DNA from: Takakia lepidozioides
Taxonomy: Eukaryota; Plantae; Bryophyta
DNA: 64,000 nucleotides
Reading direction: 5' to 3'
Assembly: GCA_030704615.1 (NCBI GenBank)
Contig: CM060732.1
Location: 34,658,001 to 34,722,000, forward strand
The notes beneath the pieces were generated by a model. That model was not told the DNA's origin, searched no databases, and saw only the letters and a program-made list of their open reading frames with translations. Of the stretch, positions 14,000-28,500 are shown one piece after another. Both the position numbers and the translations under genes were made by a program. Each line of letters starts with the position of its first letter. Positions within the stretch are counted from its first letter, which is position 1.

Positions 14000-15022
14000 A
14001 TGGAAGGCACATTTGCAGAAATGGTTACCACATTGCAGAGTCTTCAGCTCCAGATGCAAGAACTTCGTACATCTACCGCCCAATTGCAAGCTGATCAGTC
14101 TCAAGATCTTGGCAACGCTCTCCACAATTTGCAACAACAAATTTCAGAGTTAAAGGAGTCGAACAATGGATCTTCAACCATACGAGTCCTTACTGCAACG
14201 GTTCATCTTCAACAGATTACGAGAGAACTAAAGATCAGCATGCCCGAGAAATTTGATGGGACAAGATGAAGATTTCGCGGTTTTGTTCAACAAGTACGAC
14301 TGTTCCTACGACTACATCCACAACGCTACCCCGATGAAGGTATTCAAGTGGGATTCGTGGGCACCCTTCTATCAGGCACTGCCCTATCTTAGTTTGCACC
14401 GCTATTAGAAAAAAATTCACATTTACTATATAATTTTGAAGCATTCATGTCCGAGTTCATTGCAACGTTTGGAGAGAATGATAGAGAGAGAGTTGCAGAA
14501 ACAAAGATGCAAAATCTTTGACAAGGAGCACGTCCCACTTCCGTTTATGCTGCCGAATTTCAACAACTTGCATGCGACCTCGACTGGAATGAGAAGAGCC
14601 TCATTAGTCAGTTTCGATCTGGACTAAAAGTCGATATAAAAGATTTGTTGCTGGCAATGCCAAACGTGAGCACACTGAGTGAATTCATCACCCAAGTCAT
14701 TGCATGCGATAATCATTTGTTCGAAAGACGTCAAGAGAAGCGATCTGGATGGTCGACGACGCATCATGTCACTGCTACTACGACACCAAATACAACGATC
14801 CATCAGACATCCAGTAGTGATCATATGCAGATTGATGCTGTCCGATTCAAACCATTGACGCCTTAAAAAAAACAAAGACGGCGCTTGGATTATGCCTCTA
14901 TTGCGAAAAAGAAGATCACATAGCATTAAACTACCCCAACAAGAAAAGATTCAAAGCTCGGGGGCACAACTCAAGTGTTTGATACGAGGAGGTCGGAAAA
15001 CGACGATGTCCAGTCACAGTAG
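14000..15022 (+). pseudogene. gag: gag of chromovirus copy 1 (disrupted)
   Basis: MPEKFDGTR; retrotransposon gag FQQLACDLDWNE; DHMQID; degenerate CCHC knuckle; stops and frameshifts. Confidence 0.85.
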
Positions 15023-18000
15023 GGACCATGCGGCTGGACATCACAAATTCCTTACCAAAAAAAGGTCTCTTTCTACCTCCAGACCCTACACCTTGCTTCA
15101 CAGTTCCGGTAAAAATCAAAGTGCAAAATCGAGATATCGTTGTAGAAGCACTTTTGGACTCAGGAGCTTCAGCTTGTTTTATGGACAAAAGCTTTGCGAA
15201 GCATTACAATTTAACGCTCGTAAAGAAGAAACTCTCGGCCCCCGTTGAAGTCATCGATGGACGACCGTTAACATCAGGAAATGTGGACCATGAAACTCGA
15301 CCACTTGAAGTGAAGCTTAAAGATCAAACATCACATATTGTTTTCAATGTCATCCAGTCTCCAACGAATCTTGTGATCCTTGGACTTCCCTGGTTCGTAC
15401 TTCACAATCCCGACATCGACTGGCGATCGCGAAAAATTTCTGCAAGACAAAAATGTAGAAATATCAAAGGTATTCAACCCCTATTCCTTGGAGCTAAAGC
15501 TTTCATGAGAGCTACCAGAAAGGAGGCGACATTTGCACTTTATGTGACTCCGATCAAGACCACAACAGACAAATGTACTTCAACATTACCCGCTCAATAT
15601 CAAGATATCAAAGATGTCTTCGAGAAGAAAAATGCAGACATGTTGCCAGAACATCGACCTTATGACTGTGCAATTGAGTTACAAGAAGGAGCCCAACCAC
15701 CATTTGGCCCAATCTATAACTTATCCCAGACGGAGTTGGTTGCATTACGTGAATACATTGATGAAAATTTGTCAAAGCATTTCATCCGACATTCAAAATC
15801 ACCCGTGGGGACGCCTATCTTGTTTGTAAAAAAGAAGGACGGATCATTACGCATGTGTGTCGACTATCGCGGTCTCAACAAAGTCACAATCAATAATCGT
15901 TATCCGTTGCCGCTGATTTCTGGGCTTCTCGACCAGCTGGGACGAGCGAAGATTTTCACCAAAATCGACTTGAGATGAGCCTATAACCTTGTACGGATAA
16001 AAGAAGGAGACGAATGGAAAACGGCTTTTCAAACAAGGTATGGACATTTTGAATACAGTGTTATGTTTTTCGGTCTTACCAATGCTCCAGCAATTTTCCA
16101 ACATATGATGAATGACATCTTTCGAGAATTTTTAGATGACTTTATAGTCATCTATTTAGAGACATTTTGATATTTTCACATAATGAAGAAGAACAAGGCC
16201 GCAATGTACGCCTTATCCTTGGTAAATTAAGAGAAAGAGAACTATATGCCAAGTTGGAGAAATGTCTTTTCCATCAATCTGAGGTCGAATTTCTGGGCTA
16301 CATTATTTCCGACAAAGGCGTCTTTATGGATCAGAAGAAAATACAAACCATCATCGAGTGGATTAAACCAACTTCGGTCTGAGATGTACAATGTTTTCTG
16401 GGCTTTGCAAATTTCTATAAAATCTTCATAAATGACTACTCCAAAATTGTTGCACCGTTGACACGACTCACAGGGAAGGACAAATTTGTATGGGACGAGA
16501 AGGCTGACCAGACATTTGAAAGGTTAAAGCAGACATTTACAACGGCTCCAATACTGTACATACAGACCCATCTAAACCATTCTTCTTAGAAGCAGATGCA
16601 TCGGACTTTGCACTTGGCGTGGTACTCTCGCAATACGGTACAGATGGCTGACTCCACCCTGTTGGTTTTCGTTCTTGCAAATTTTCCGCTGCGGAGATCA
16701 ATTATGAAATCCATGACAAAGAACTTCTACTGATTATCGATGATTTTGAGGAGTGACGACATCTATTGGAGGGAGCTAAACATCAGGTCACTGTCTATAC
16801 CGATCACAAAAACCTCGAATATTTTATGAGTGCTCGTGTTTTGAATCGTCGTCAAGCGAGATGGAGTATGTCACTAACAAGGTTTGATTTTGTTATTACC
16901 TACCGTCCCGGACATCTTCAAGGAAAACCAGATGCTCTTTATCGACGATCGTATCTTGCGCCAAAAGAAGGGGATGCAGTTTTTGACCAACAAAAATCCA
17001 TTATCTTGAAACCAACAAATCTCCAATTGAATATGCTATCCATATCCACCTATGACAATGCAGAGATCATAAAGGAGATTCAGGAAGCACTGAAGAGCGA
17101 CCATTTTGCTACGACACTACGAAGTTAACTAAATCAACCTCGAGACAACCCACATGTTACAAACGACTTCAAGTTCAAAGTTGACTTACTTTACTTCAAA
17201 TGACTTCTCTATGTACCTCCAGGACCTACACGACTTCGAATTCTTCAAACATGTCATGATCTTCCGGCTGCAGGACATTTCGGCTTCAACAAAACATTGG
17301 AGTTGATATCCAGGGACTATTGGTGGCCGCAGATGTGGAAACTCGTGAAAGAATTCATAAAATCTTGTGACACGTGTGCTAGAGCGAAGGGACCACGATA
17401 TCGACCTTACGTCCTTCTTCAACCATTACCCATTCCCGAGGGTCCATGGTCGTCTGTGTCTATGGACTTTATTACGGACCTTCCAATTTTTAAGACCACC
17501 GATTCAATCCTTGTTATTGTAGATCGTTTTACGAAGATGACACATTTCATTTCATGTAATAAGACGGTTACCGGCGAAGAAACTGCAAGACTCTTCCTCA
17601 ATAATATCTATCGCATTCATGGACTCCCGAATGACATCGTATCTGATCGAGGACCACAGTTCATATCAAATTTCTGGAGGGGATTATTTCACATATTGGA
17701 TACTAAGATCAACCTCTCTACAGCTAATCATCCACAAACTGATGGTCAAACCGAACGTGTAAACCAGATTTTGCAGAAGTATCTTCGCTGTACGTTTAAT
17801 TATCACCAAGATAATTGGACGGACCTTCTGTCATTGGCTGAGTTTGCCTACAACAACACTATACATTATTCGACCAAGCAAACTCCATTTTTCTCCAATT
17901 ATGGTCATCATCCTCGAGCAAACCCTTTCCACATGAAGACTATTGGAAGTCCTGCTGAAGAAAACCTTGCCTCTCATCTAGCTACGATTCACAAGGAGCT

Positions 18001-18520
18001 TACATCCCACCTCGCAGAAGCTCAAAAACAATACAAGGAGTATGCAGATCAACGTCGCCAACTCCAACCCCAGTTCAAGGTCGGAGATTGTGTGTGGCTT
18101 CTTCGACAAGACATACAAATCTCGCGACCATTAAAGAAGTTGGATTATCAACGCCTGGGACCATTCAAAATTATTGGACAAATAAATCCGGTGAGTTTTC
18201 GGCTTGAACTCCCACGAAGTATGCGCATCCATCCAGTCTTTCATGTTTCATTATTGGAGTTGTATCATCCATCGAATATTCCAGAGAGAGTCTCCGTACC
18301 ACCTCCACCAATCGAAGTCAATCAAGAACTTGAGTATGAAGTCGACGAAGTCCTAGACTCTCGCATCAAGTATAAACGTCTTGAATATTTCGTACATTAG
18401 AAAGGCTACGACATCAGCGAACGAACGTGTGAACCTTTATTCAACCTCGCCAATGCATCTGATAAAGTCCAAGAGTTTCATCAACGATATCCAGCTAACC
18501 CCCGAGCTACACGTCAATAA
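14995..18520 (+). pseudogene. pol: pol of chromovirus copy 1 (protease-RT-RNase H-integrase-chromodomain), disrupted
   Basis: ALLDSGA protease; [13 protein letters not shown]; YTDHKNL RNase H; SMDFIT, VSDRGPQF, HPQTDGQTER integrase; IHPVFHVSLL; EYEVDEVLD..YFVH*KGY chromodomain. Confidence 0.92.
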
Positions 18521-19052
18521 GACGTCACAACGATGATGTCAGCCAAGTTAGCTTCAAGGTGAAGATTCCACATTCAATGTACCTAATACACACTAAGGAG
18601 GGAGGAGCACCACACATCAATATATACAGCTACACTTCCAGCACTCTTGCATCTTGTATTGGCAGCATGGAGTCACAAGAACCAGATACATTGGAGTTGT
18701 CGCTTACCCAGCTACTAGATCAGCCATTCCGACTCTCACGACCTTCAACATCACGCCGACGCTCTCAAGACGATGGGCCACCAATGCGACACGTACTTCC
18801 TCGTCTGAACCCCGTACGACGACAAGTTTGAAAGCAACTTCGAAAATCAGAATGCTCAAATCACTACGTGGTCCCAAGTTCAAGGTGTTGGACACTATCG
18901 ATGGTTGCAGGGACCTATAAATCATTTGAGTCAAGAACGAAGAGCCGAATACTTGACAAATACCATTCGCCCGATTTTGGAATTTCTCTAACTCTAAGCA
19001 AGTCCAAGATTTTACCGCTCATCGAGGAACTTGGCGCTAGAGGAAGGGGTGA

Positions 19053-19648
19053 TGTCACGGACATAGCCCAGAAGAACTTATCAGGAGTACATACCAGAAG
19101 TTATCAAGTTATCATGTTACCGGAAGTTATCATGACTTATCGTGATTTATCATGATCTACCATGATTTATCATTACTTACCAAGTTACCGAGAGTTTACC
19201 AAATTACCAAGAGTAACTTGGGAAACTACTCATGAGGCTTCATTTGGAGGAAACTTCTCCATCAACATACCTCCTTTGTTTAAGGAAGTTTCTCCATCAA
19301 GAAACCTCCATATGTGAAGCTTCTTGGGGAAGCTTCTTAGTAGCCAGTATATATAGGAAACGAGACTGGACACTCTTCAGTCTCACCAACACCAGTTCAA
19401 GCTACTCTTGTTTCCAGTTCCCAGTACTCTAACCCAGTTTCCAATGTCTGGTACTGCAGTCCAGTTTCCAGCCTTCCAGTATTCAAGTCGTGTTCCAATA
19501 TCTTGTACTCTTGTTTATTGTTATAAAGATCGTCTTGATTCTTATTTACTCATCGTGCATTCGGCCACGCCGACCTTGACTTCTTATCTACCATTGTACC
19601 TCTAGTTTTATCTTTTGTTTGTGTTCAGTCATGTTCTCGTCCTTGACA
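19053..19648 (+). repeat. 3' LTR of chromovirus copy 1
   Basis: Direct repeat of 13310-13961 with indels in the internal short repeats. Confidence 0.95.
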
Positions 19649-20339
19649 AATGCTAGATCGTGAGCCCAGAGGCGTGAGGTAGGTGTATATTTCCGCTGAA
19701 TGATTTACCTTTTCCAATCATTGCAGACTACATCTTTAACATCTATCCCTCCGCCGCCCCTCGTGTCATAAACTGCGATTTGATAAGTGTGCGATTGCCG
19801 AAGTAAGATGATTGGTGCCGACAATCACTTCAACTCTGTTTTTTTTTTGTTTTTTTTTTGTTTTTTTCCCGTATTGTTCCCAAAAAAAAAATTGCTCTGG
19901 TCTCTTCTGTGTTGCTATGTACTGCAGGCTTCTTTTTGATACTGTGATCCCTCTTCTCTTCGTTATTTTGGGGTCTTCCTGGGTTAGCCTCAATGGAGCC
20001 TTATGAGGTTATTTTGTCTTATTGTAATTGTTATTGTAAAACTTACAATTGTAATTGTAGAATGTTGTGGAATGGATGCCACAGTTTTAGGCGTATTTCC
20101 CATTTCGGGTATTTTGATGGTATTCTTGATGGTATTTTGGTTTTATGTTCCCTAAGTTCATCCCACGGTCATAGGACCCTCGGGTATAGGCGCCGTATGT
20201 TTCGGTTTACGTGGCGGATGCTGACATGGCGCCACGTCAACATTCGACACCATGGCAACCTGCTGGCATCACGCTCACGCCAGCGTACGCTCATGCCACG
20301 TCACCAGTGTGTGAACGTACGCTCACGCGGTTGCGTCGT

Positions 20340-20990
20340 TGCATACTGGGCAGTTATTCCAGATCGAGTCATTGCGTAGATTAAGCAGAATAATGTGTGC
20401 AGGCCACTGCGCATAGATTGCGGTCACCAGATGCCAGGTTCTAATACCTAGATTGCAGTCTGTGAAGGCATGCTCAATATAAGTCTCACTTTGGTTGCAA
20501 TTACAAACCACACAAGCACGATCAACATCTGGAAGGTAGCCATTGGAAAAATTATGTTCGTCAGCTTCCACAAGAAAACACTGATTTTGGAGGAGCGGTG
20601 TTTGGCCAAATGTCCTTCCAGATAGAGTTCCATGCAGGGGGCTGCAAATCGAGGTTCCATTTGCACTTCCATTTACCTGCAAAATTAAATTCGTCTTCCT
20701 GAGAAGCAACCTATACCCCGTTTTCACTGTGTAGCCCAACAGTGGCGTGTTTTTGTCATCTTTCCATGACCATTCTCCTGGGTCCATCTGTAGTCTAGAG
20801 AGTGGAAAACATAAAAACCAAACGAATTCGGATTTTCTAGCCAAGCATATCTCTCCGCCCTAAGGAGGTGTTGGCACTGTGGACCCTGATAGAGTATCGA
20901 AGACTCTAATTCTATAGGCTTGGTCATGGTGCAGCTTTGCTTCGTCACTTTGCTTCGCAAGTAAGTTGCATTCCAATCAACCACCAGCTA
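20340..20990 (-). mobile_element. L1-type LINE remnant (zf-RVT region)
   Basis: YTVKTGYRLL ... CVVCNCNQSETYIEHAFTDC in ORF 20323..20844. Confidence 0.6.
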
Positions 20991-22545
20991 AGTTTTCTAT
21001 TTTTTTTTTCTATTTTTTTTGTAAATAAGAGGGAGGTAGCCCTCGGTAAATCTTTATTGATAGGAGAACTAAGTTTCTATTTTGTAATAGGCTTTGAGGC
21101 TCTTCTTCAATCTTAATATTTAGCGTGTCACATCCGTTGGGGTTGTTGCAGGTATCAGAGTGACCATCTCCATGGCGTTTCAGGGGGTAATAAGTACTAA
21201 GTGGATCGTGTATACAACAAATTGGCCAGTCAGTCCATGTGTCCATCAGTTAGTTAGTTTTGCATTTGCATGCATGTCAGTCCTACATGGGGAGCATGGA
21301 GCATTTGCATACAGTTATTTTTAGCGTCGCATTCTACATTGTCACTACAGAAAAAAGAGGGGCAAATGTTTGGTCAGCTGAGCACTTGCAGTTTGCCCAT
21401 CTTTGGCCCGCATCCAAGCCATTTCGGGCTGGGCATGCCATTGGGTTTGAATCCCACCCTTTTGAAGGCCTATCAAAGTAACTAATTTCTATTTCTTATT
21501 TCAATGTGAAGCAACACTCTGACATTAGGGGGGTTCTTGTGATAGGGTGCTGATGAAGTACCGCAAGCCAAGACTCGTCAGTGTTGCCTGCATCTCTGCA
21601 TCTTCGTCAATCTTCCTCAAGGCTGCGCTGATCTTGAAAGTAACCTGTGCAAAGGATCCCGGTGTCTTCCGCTTCATGCCTGCCATTTCTCTAAGTTTTG
21701 CTGTTACTGCAACGAATTGGAGAGCCAATTCATGTATCAACAGCAGTATGAAGCACACTGGAATTTGCGTAGACAACAACTTCCAGTTCGCGGAAGAGGA
21801 AGTGTAAAAGCCTTTTTGGGTTTAAGTAGGGGTTCTGCCCTTTGGGTTTCCACTTGCACTTCTCTAGAAGTTCCTAACAAGAGATTATAAGAGAGTTCTT
21901 GTGAAGTTACAGAGATTCCCCACCGTGTAACCCTGAGTGGAGTGACACTCCGCTCAGTTCCAATGTCACTCTTTAGAGAGCGTGGTGAAGATTTAACATG
22001 CTGGAAACCAGCGTACCATCCTATCAGAGATTGCAGGTGTGTCCATTAAGTTCTTACATTATTCCTAGTGTCCAATAAGCTCTATGAGCTTTCCGCGGAC
22101 ATTATAAAGCAACATTGCATTTCATTTCTCCCTTTTCTTTTCTTTTTCCTTTTTTGGGCTACAGTAGGCTAACATCAGGTGTGGCTATACCTTAAGGTAG
22201 TTTTGAGGTAGGTGTTAACTAAGCTACTGTTACAGGTATGTTTCAAGGATAGTTTTAACTATTAACTGGGGAAGGTACATGTGGACAAAACTCTCTTTCT
22301 TAGGGGAGCCAATAAGCAGCGGTAAAATGAATATGTAAAACGAGCTTGAAAGAATGACGGCGAGAGCTTTTGGAGGAGCACACGGCAGAGAGCTGCGATG
22401 CACGATTGCTCTGGCTCGCTGCTGAGCGCGGCTGCCACCAATTCACTCGCATCTTCAGGAGTTCTGCAGTAAGATCTAACCAAGGTTTTGGGACCATAAT
22501 TTTCAGACTAGGTCAAAAAATTCTGACAGAAACAAGGAAAACCAG

Positions 22546-25500
22546 ATGCAGCTGTTGAGCTTTATAAAGGAGCAGGGTCCGTTGTCGGCCTGCAGCTGGT
22601 TGAGGACCAATGGGCTCCTCGTGAGTTCTATTGGCGATGGAAAACGAGTATCTTCAGAGCTGAAAATTTCGGGGGTGCAGTGCGTGAAGAAGGATAGAGG
22701 GAAATGGACTGCCAGAGGTATGAGCCTGCAGAAGGCTCTGCTTTGGGGCCAAAAATTGGGGACAGTAGGGCGCATGGACTGGAAAGTTGGGCACGAGAGA
22801 GGAGTTACAGTGAATGCTGGATTCCAAGACTCAGGAGACACTGGGGTGGTGACGAAGAACAAGTATCCAATCAATTTGGATCAGTATATGGTCACATTAG
22901 ACAAACCTATTGGCATTCGATTCGCTCAAACCCTTGGTGGCAAGGTCTACGTCGAATCCCTTGCGAAGAAGGTGATTCTGATTTCCTTTTGCAATTTACA
23001 AATGTTTCATTCAGTTGATTTTTTCACCCTCCAGGCTGTGTGACATTCGGAGGGTACAAATTCGAAGCTAGGACTGAGAGAATGACTCCTTCAACTCACG
23101 TATCTACTGTTAGTGCTTCGAGTCCCTCATGCTTTGATGCCTCGGTTTCAACCCTGGGAATCCTGTATGCTTTGGTTCCTACTCATTTTTTTAATCTGCC
23201 CACCTACCGATTACCTTCGATGTGTTTAAACCACCACGTGAATAAATAATCCTACTCCAGGGTTACTGATGATTGAGCTCGCCACGTCAAGGGATACTTT
23301 GCATGGTGGTCTGTCTTTCAGGTGAGTTCTCAACTTGAATTTCTAGGAACGGAATGGCATGTTGGCTTGAATTGCTGGTGCCTGGTGGCCTCTGTTTCAG
23401 GGCAATGCAGAGAACTCAAAGATGATTATGGTGGGAGATTTGCTGAAGAAGACCAGTGCAGAATCTGGCGATGCTATGTGGGAGGTTGATGACTTTGGTA
23501 GAACCATGTAAACATTGCTTTCTCCTTTCTTTTGATGCATGCTTTATTTTTCCTCATTCTATAATCTGCCCAGACAGTATGGTTTACCTACACCACACAG
23601 AAGCTGGTGCTTTGAGTGGCACCCTCTCTTAAAAGAAGAATTTTTCAAGGGAAGCACTTGAATCATATAGATGCCTAGAGTTGCTTGATTCCACTTTGTA
23701 TATACGGCCTATGTAGAGAGTGGATATGTGGAGCTGTTAACACTGCATTAACTACATCAGAGCTGCACATGGCTTTTGTACATTTTTATATTATGTCCAC
23801 CTCACAGGTTTTCACCCTTCAATTCTAGAGGATGCAGAGGGTTTTGCCTAAAGTTTCACTTTGTTGGCAGCACATTGGGCCATCTTTCACATTGGTGCAA
23901 TACATACATACATGACTTACGTACTGGTGTTCATATCCTGTGGATCTTCACACAACGAAAGTGTGCATCAAGCTGGCCTAGAGTGGCAGAGAATATCTTT
24001 GGCACGTGTGGCTATGAGGTGACATCTGATTTTATAGTTGATGCTGGGGTGTGCTTGGGTCAGGCATGCCATTAAGACACGGAGTGGACCAGTGAGCCTG
24101 GTTTTTGAAAGGTCTTCACCACCGGTGCACACTGCTATACCTAAGAAGAAGGACATCCCTTTCAATTCTGGCCGAGTTGCCCTGGCTACTTGGAATGGCA
24201 GCATTTTAGTATCTCCATTTCAGGGAGGAAATGTTGGGTTTGTGACATATTCCTCAAAGTACATCATGCCAAAAGGTTTGATGAGCCTAGCTAGATTAAG
24301 TGAAGTCAAGGAGCCTTATGCTGATGTAGCAGGGGCCAGAGCCTTGGATGCATTTGAGGCAAAAAATCCAGGGGGTGCTGAAGTTTCATTTGAAGTTATT
24401 GCGGCTGGCAGTGATGACTTGTTGGATGGAGAGATTGAATGGTCTCATGGAAGCTTTCTGAATGATGAGTATGCATCTGCACTTGAACGTACACAGAATG
24501 ATCTGTGCTATGATCCTTCCCGTGGCATAAGCTATAGCAAGGTGAGGTACTTTGCTTTTGCTGTCAGATCCAATTTTCAGGCAGAAGAAAGGTGTAATTG
24601 ACTTGGTTGATGCTTTTGATGGACTGGTTATGATCATCCTTTATGGGCTGTGGAATATTCTCAACCCTTCAAGATTCTTCCGTCTTGTTGGGGAGAACAG
24701 GAGGGTTGTTTGGTTTGGATGATGAGCTGTGAGACTGCCCTGCTGCCTATCACTTCAATTTTGTTGTTGTCTTTTGCAGTAGCCAGTTGTTATATGCAGA
24801 TGGTGCTTGTGGGTGTGTAATATGTCTCAGTAGGAGAACAAACTGCTTTTCCTTAGGCCAGTTTCAAATGTGGGGCCTACTTGCAGATAACAGAGCAAGT
24901 CTTTGTTGGCTCATGTATTCAGACTGAAGCTGACGTCGGTTTTCTCTCGGAAACTCTGGTGCATACCCTTCCCTCGCTTGTCTCTTTTTCTCTTTCCCTC
25001 TGTCATGTTCTCTGCTCCCGTCAATATAATACAAAAACTGAAACTACAAAAACTACATTTCGGATGTTATAAAGCACCAATTCATTTCATTTCTTTCTTT
25101 CTCTCTCTCTCTCTCCAGTCTCCCTGTCCTCTACGAATCCTATTGCCATTGGGTGGACTTGATATGGGAGTAGATAAATGTCTCTGTGGCTAAATGCCGG
25201 CCTTGTGACCTCGTGTCTTTGTTTGTTTTGACCTGAAGCACTCTGCTTCAGGTAAGATAGTGCATTGGATTTAGTTGGAGAGTTTGGAGCCTCTCCCTCT
25301 TTAGAGTATGTCTAGGCGGGCCATTCCCTGCAGCTTCTTTGGAGTGTGATCTCTGAATGGTAACAAGCGGACCCGTACCACTTGGGGGCAGCCCCTCCGC
25401 CCAAAATGGGCAGTTGCATGCTCTGTCTAGCATGCTCGGCACTTGGGCTAGGGTTGGTCCTTTTGCTTAAACTTATAGCCTGCAAAATCAATCAATTTGA

Positions 25501-28500
25501 TATGCCGTGGAGATAACAACATTCCCCAGGGTGATTCCTGGGCATGGTTACTTATACCAAACCTAGGGTTTCATGTGTAGTTTTTGGGGTGAATCCCAGG
25601 ATGGACAATGTGTCCTTTAACGGTGACACAGCTTTTGGTGTGAGCAGACAAGTTATGGACCACTCTCCACATCTTTCCCTTAATCCCAGATTACCAGAGT
25701 TGGAGCCATAGACCATCTTTCCACACTGTCAGAAGCCTTTTGTGACATCCAAGCAAAAGAGAAAAGTGGGTTCCCCTTCTTTTTTCCTTCCCTGGATAGG
25801 CTGAGAGCGAAGATATGATCCACACAGCCCCTGTTTCTCTCAAAGCCAGCTCCAGATAAGGTTAAAGAGAAGTACAAGGGCCTCTATCATGGGGTCGCCA
25901 CAGTGCTTGATAAGCTCGTTGACTATGCCATCAGGTCCACCAGCTTTATGTCTGTTTAAATGCTCAATAGCTTCCACAATTTCAGAAGAACTAATGGGAG
26001 TGTTGTAACCCTTTGAAATATACTCCAGTTCATCAGGGCGGTCTGGAATCATAGGAAGAGTTTTTTCAACTCTGTCCTTCCATTCTTCAGAAGACCCTGC
26101 ACATTTTACCTAGAATTTCTGCCAAGGATACTGTAGTGAGTTTCTTAGGTGTTGACAATGTCAACCTTTGAAGTCACCACTGCACCCTTAGTAGTCCTCT
26201 GCACTTGTACTTTGCGGACAATGTTTCGGCTTGTACAGATGTTGAAGGGCCAACCAGAATCTCTTGTCATTACCACCATGGTTATTCGAGTTTTTTCACT
26301 GTATAACTTGTCCAAAATAATTTCTTCTGAGACCTTACAAGCTGATTGATATCTTTGCAGATCTGGAAGTACCTAGCCCACAATTCTTTGTTGACTTTCA
26401 AATTGCTTCACTCTTTATAGAGGACTCATCTCTTGGCTATCTTGAGTTTGGTCTACCAATTAACAGCTCTACCACAAACAATTAGTTTCCTCCTGATGAT
26501 TTTGTCAGCCACAGAGGAGACAAAACTCTCCAAAGAATCCACCGCCCTTTCGACTTCATTTCTTGCATGACCAGAGCGAGACTGAAGACCTTGGAGCAAA
26601 TGGACGAACTGAGGGAGAGCCTCTTGCAAGGCCTGGACATGGACCTCTTCAGTTTGGAATTTCTCTATGCGCCACTTCCGAATCGAACGTTTTCACAGAT
26701 CTCATAGTGTCGGGGAAGCACCTTTTGATCGCAGTCCAAACCGGGAAGTGGTCAGAGGTGCCAATATCAGTTCTGTCGATCAACTATGATTGCTCCTGAA
26801 CGGCCAACTGTGGCTAATGGCACCATCTCAAGACTTGATAACAGAGGTACTTTGAAGGTTTTAATGTCTAAAAATGCGACAAATAGAGTCTCACATCAAA
26901 TCAATTTCAAAGAAGTTCGTCTCTTGACTGGCTGGAGAGCGGTCTTAGACATTGGTGATTCAGTGAGGTGCTCTAGGAAGACAACCAAGGGTGGGGACTT
27001 CAACTTGAAAGTTTCTAACCGGTACGATGCCCTGGATGAGGTTGATGCCAAGCAGCCAGACAGACTAGATGGCCCTTTGTGTGCTCAGTCTGAGTGTCGT
27101 GTGACTGAAGGATATGGTACTCTGAATGGTTTGCCAATCCTTAAAGTTTACACAAGACGAGCAAAATCTACACATGGAGTAATTGACTGACAGAAGTCTA
27201 ACTTCTTCGACATAGACCAACCTCAAGGATGTACCCTCTCCCCTGTGCTCTTCAATTTTTTCATCAATGAACTCCTCGAGGATGCGGAAAGTGAGGGATT
27301 TGGGGTAAGAGTCGGTGATGCCACCATACCAGCCCTTATGTTTGGGGATGACTTCGCAGCCATAGGGGAGACTCCATCCAATCTTCAGGAGTTGATTGAT
27401 TGCACGAAGAGATACTTTGACCTTTGGGGGCTAGACGTTAACGTCAGTAAATGCGCAATGGTGGCATTCAACGACCAAGGGGAGGGAGGAGACAATCTCG
27501 AGTGACAGTGGGGAAGCCAAGAGATTCCTGTCCTCCCTTCCTACACATACCATGGTGCTGAGTTTTCCTCCAACTGTAATTGGGATGCGCATATTCAAAA
27601 AGTTGTTCAATCTGGCAAGCGCAAAGCATTGGGTCTCACTAATTTTTTCCACCGCAGAGCGATCAATTTTGAAGGAAAAAACACCATGCTTTGCCGCGTT
27701 ATTAGGCCTGCCTTGGAGTACGCATCTGCAGTGTGGGTTGATGACTCCAACCAGCCTAAGCCTCTAGAATCCATTCAAGTGGGGGTGCTCAAGGAGTGCA
27801 TGTCAGCATGCTCCAAAACAGCTGATGTGGCTGTTCGGGGTGAGTTTGGCATCCCTCCCTCAAGCTCCCGACAAGATGAATTCAAGGTCAGATGGTGGGG
27901 TCAGCTGCAACATATGACTGATATCAGATATCTTAAGTTAATCGACTCTTTATGTTGGAAGCAGGATCGCCCTGTCGAACAGGCCAAGTCCTGCCATAAA
28001 AGGGTAGAAGAGATTTTCAAGGATCTGAATCCAAGTCTGCAAGTCTTGACCCTGCTGGATAAATCTGACTTTAGAGGCTATAGTGTCCAAAACCGTGTCT
28101 GTTGCCAGGAGATCGTCTGATGAAAATGGAGTTAGGCAGAAAACTTCCCTGAACTTGTCTCCAGTCTGTCACATGGGGAGGCCATCACGGATGACTTCAA
28201 GGGTTTACCCACTCTCGGCACTAGACTGAAATTTAAACTCAGGCGGGAAGCCTACCTTTGAACAGCAAACAGATGCAGAGAGGCAACGGGGATTGCTTCT
28301 GATTCATTGTCCTGGGTACTCTAACCAGGGAGACGCCCTCTTCAAATTTCGTCCAGGGTGTGCCTGTACCTCTGTTTACCAACTTTGAAAATCTCAAGGC
28401 TGAGCCAAAAGCCCAGGCCCTTTTGGGGCCTAGTTATTGGGAAAATTACACACAGCAGATGGATGCTTGTGTAAAGGGATTTCTAGAGGATTTCTGGAAA

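Larger units (their letters stand above)
13310..19648 (+). mobile_element. Full-length but decayed Ty3/Gypsy chromovirus (Tcn1-like) LTR retrotransposon, copy 1
   Basis: LTRs 13310-13961 and 19053-19648 (TGTCACGG...CTTGACA); perfect TSD AATGC at 13305-13309 and 19649-19653; PPT agaggaaggggtga before the 3' LTR; order gag-PR-RT-RH-INT-chromo. Confidence 0.96.
13102..20337. mobile_element. Non-autonomous TIR element (GCGTGAGC-rich termini) that splits the L1 and hosts the chromovirus
   Basis: Left gatgcctccgcgtgagc (13102-13118) vs reverse complement of right end gacgcaaccgcgtgagc (20321-20337); subterminal gcgtgagc/gctcacgc repeats. No clear TSD. Confidence 0.5.
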
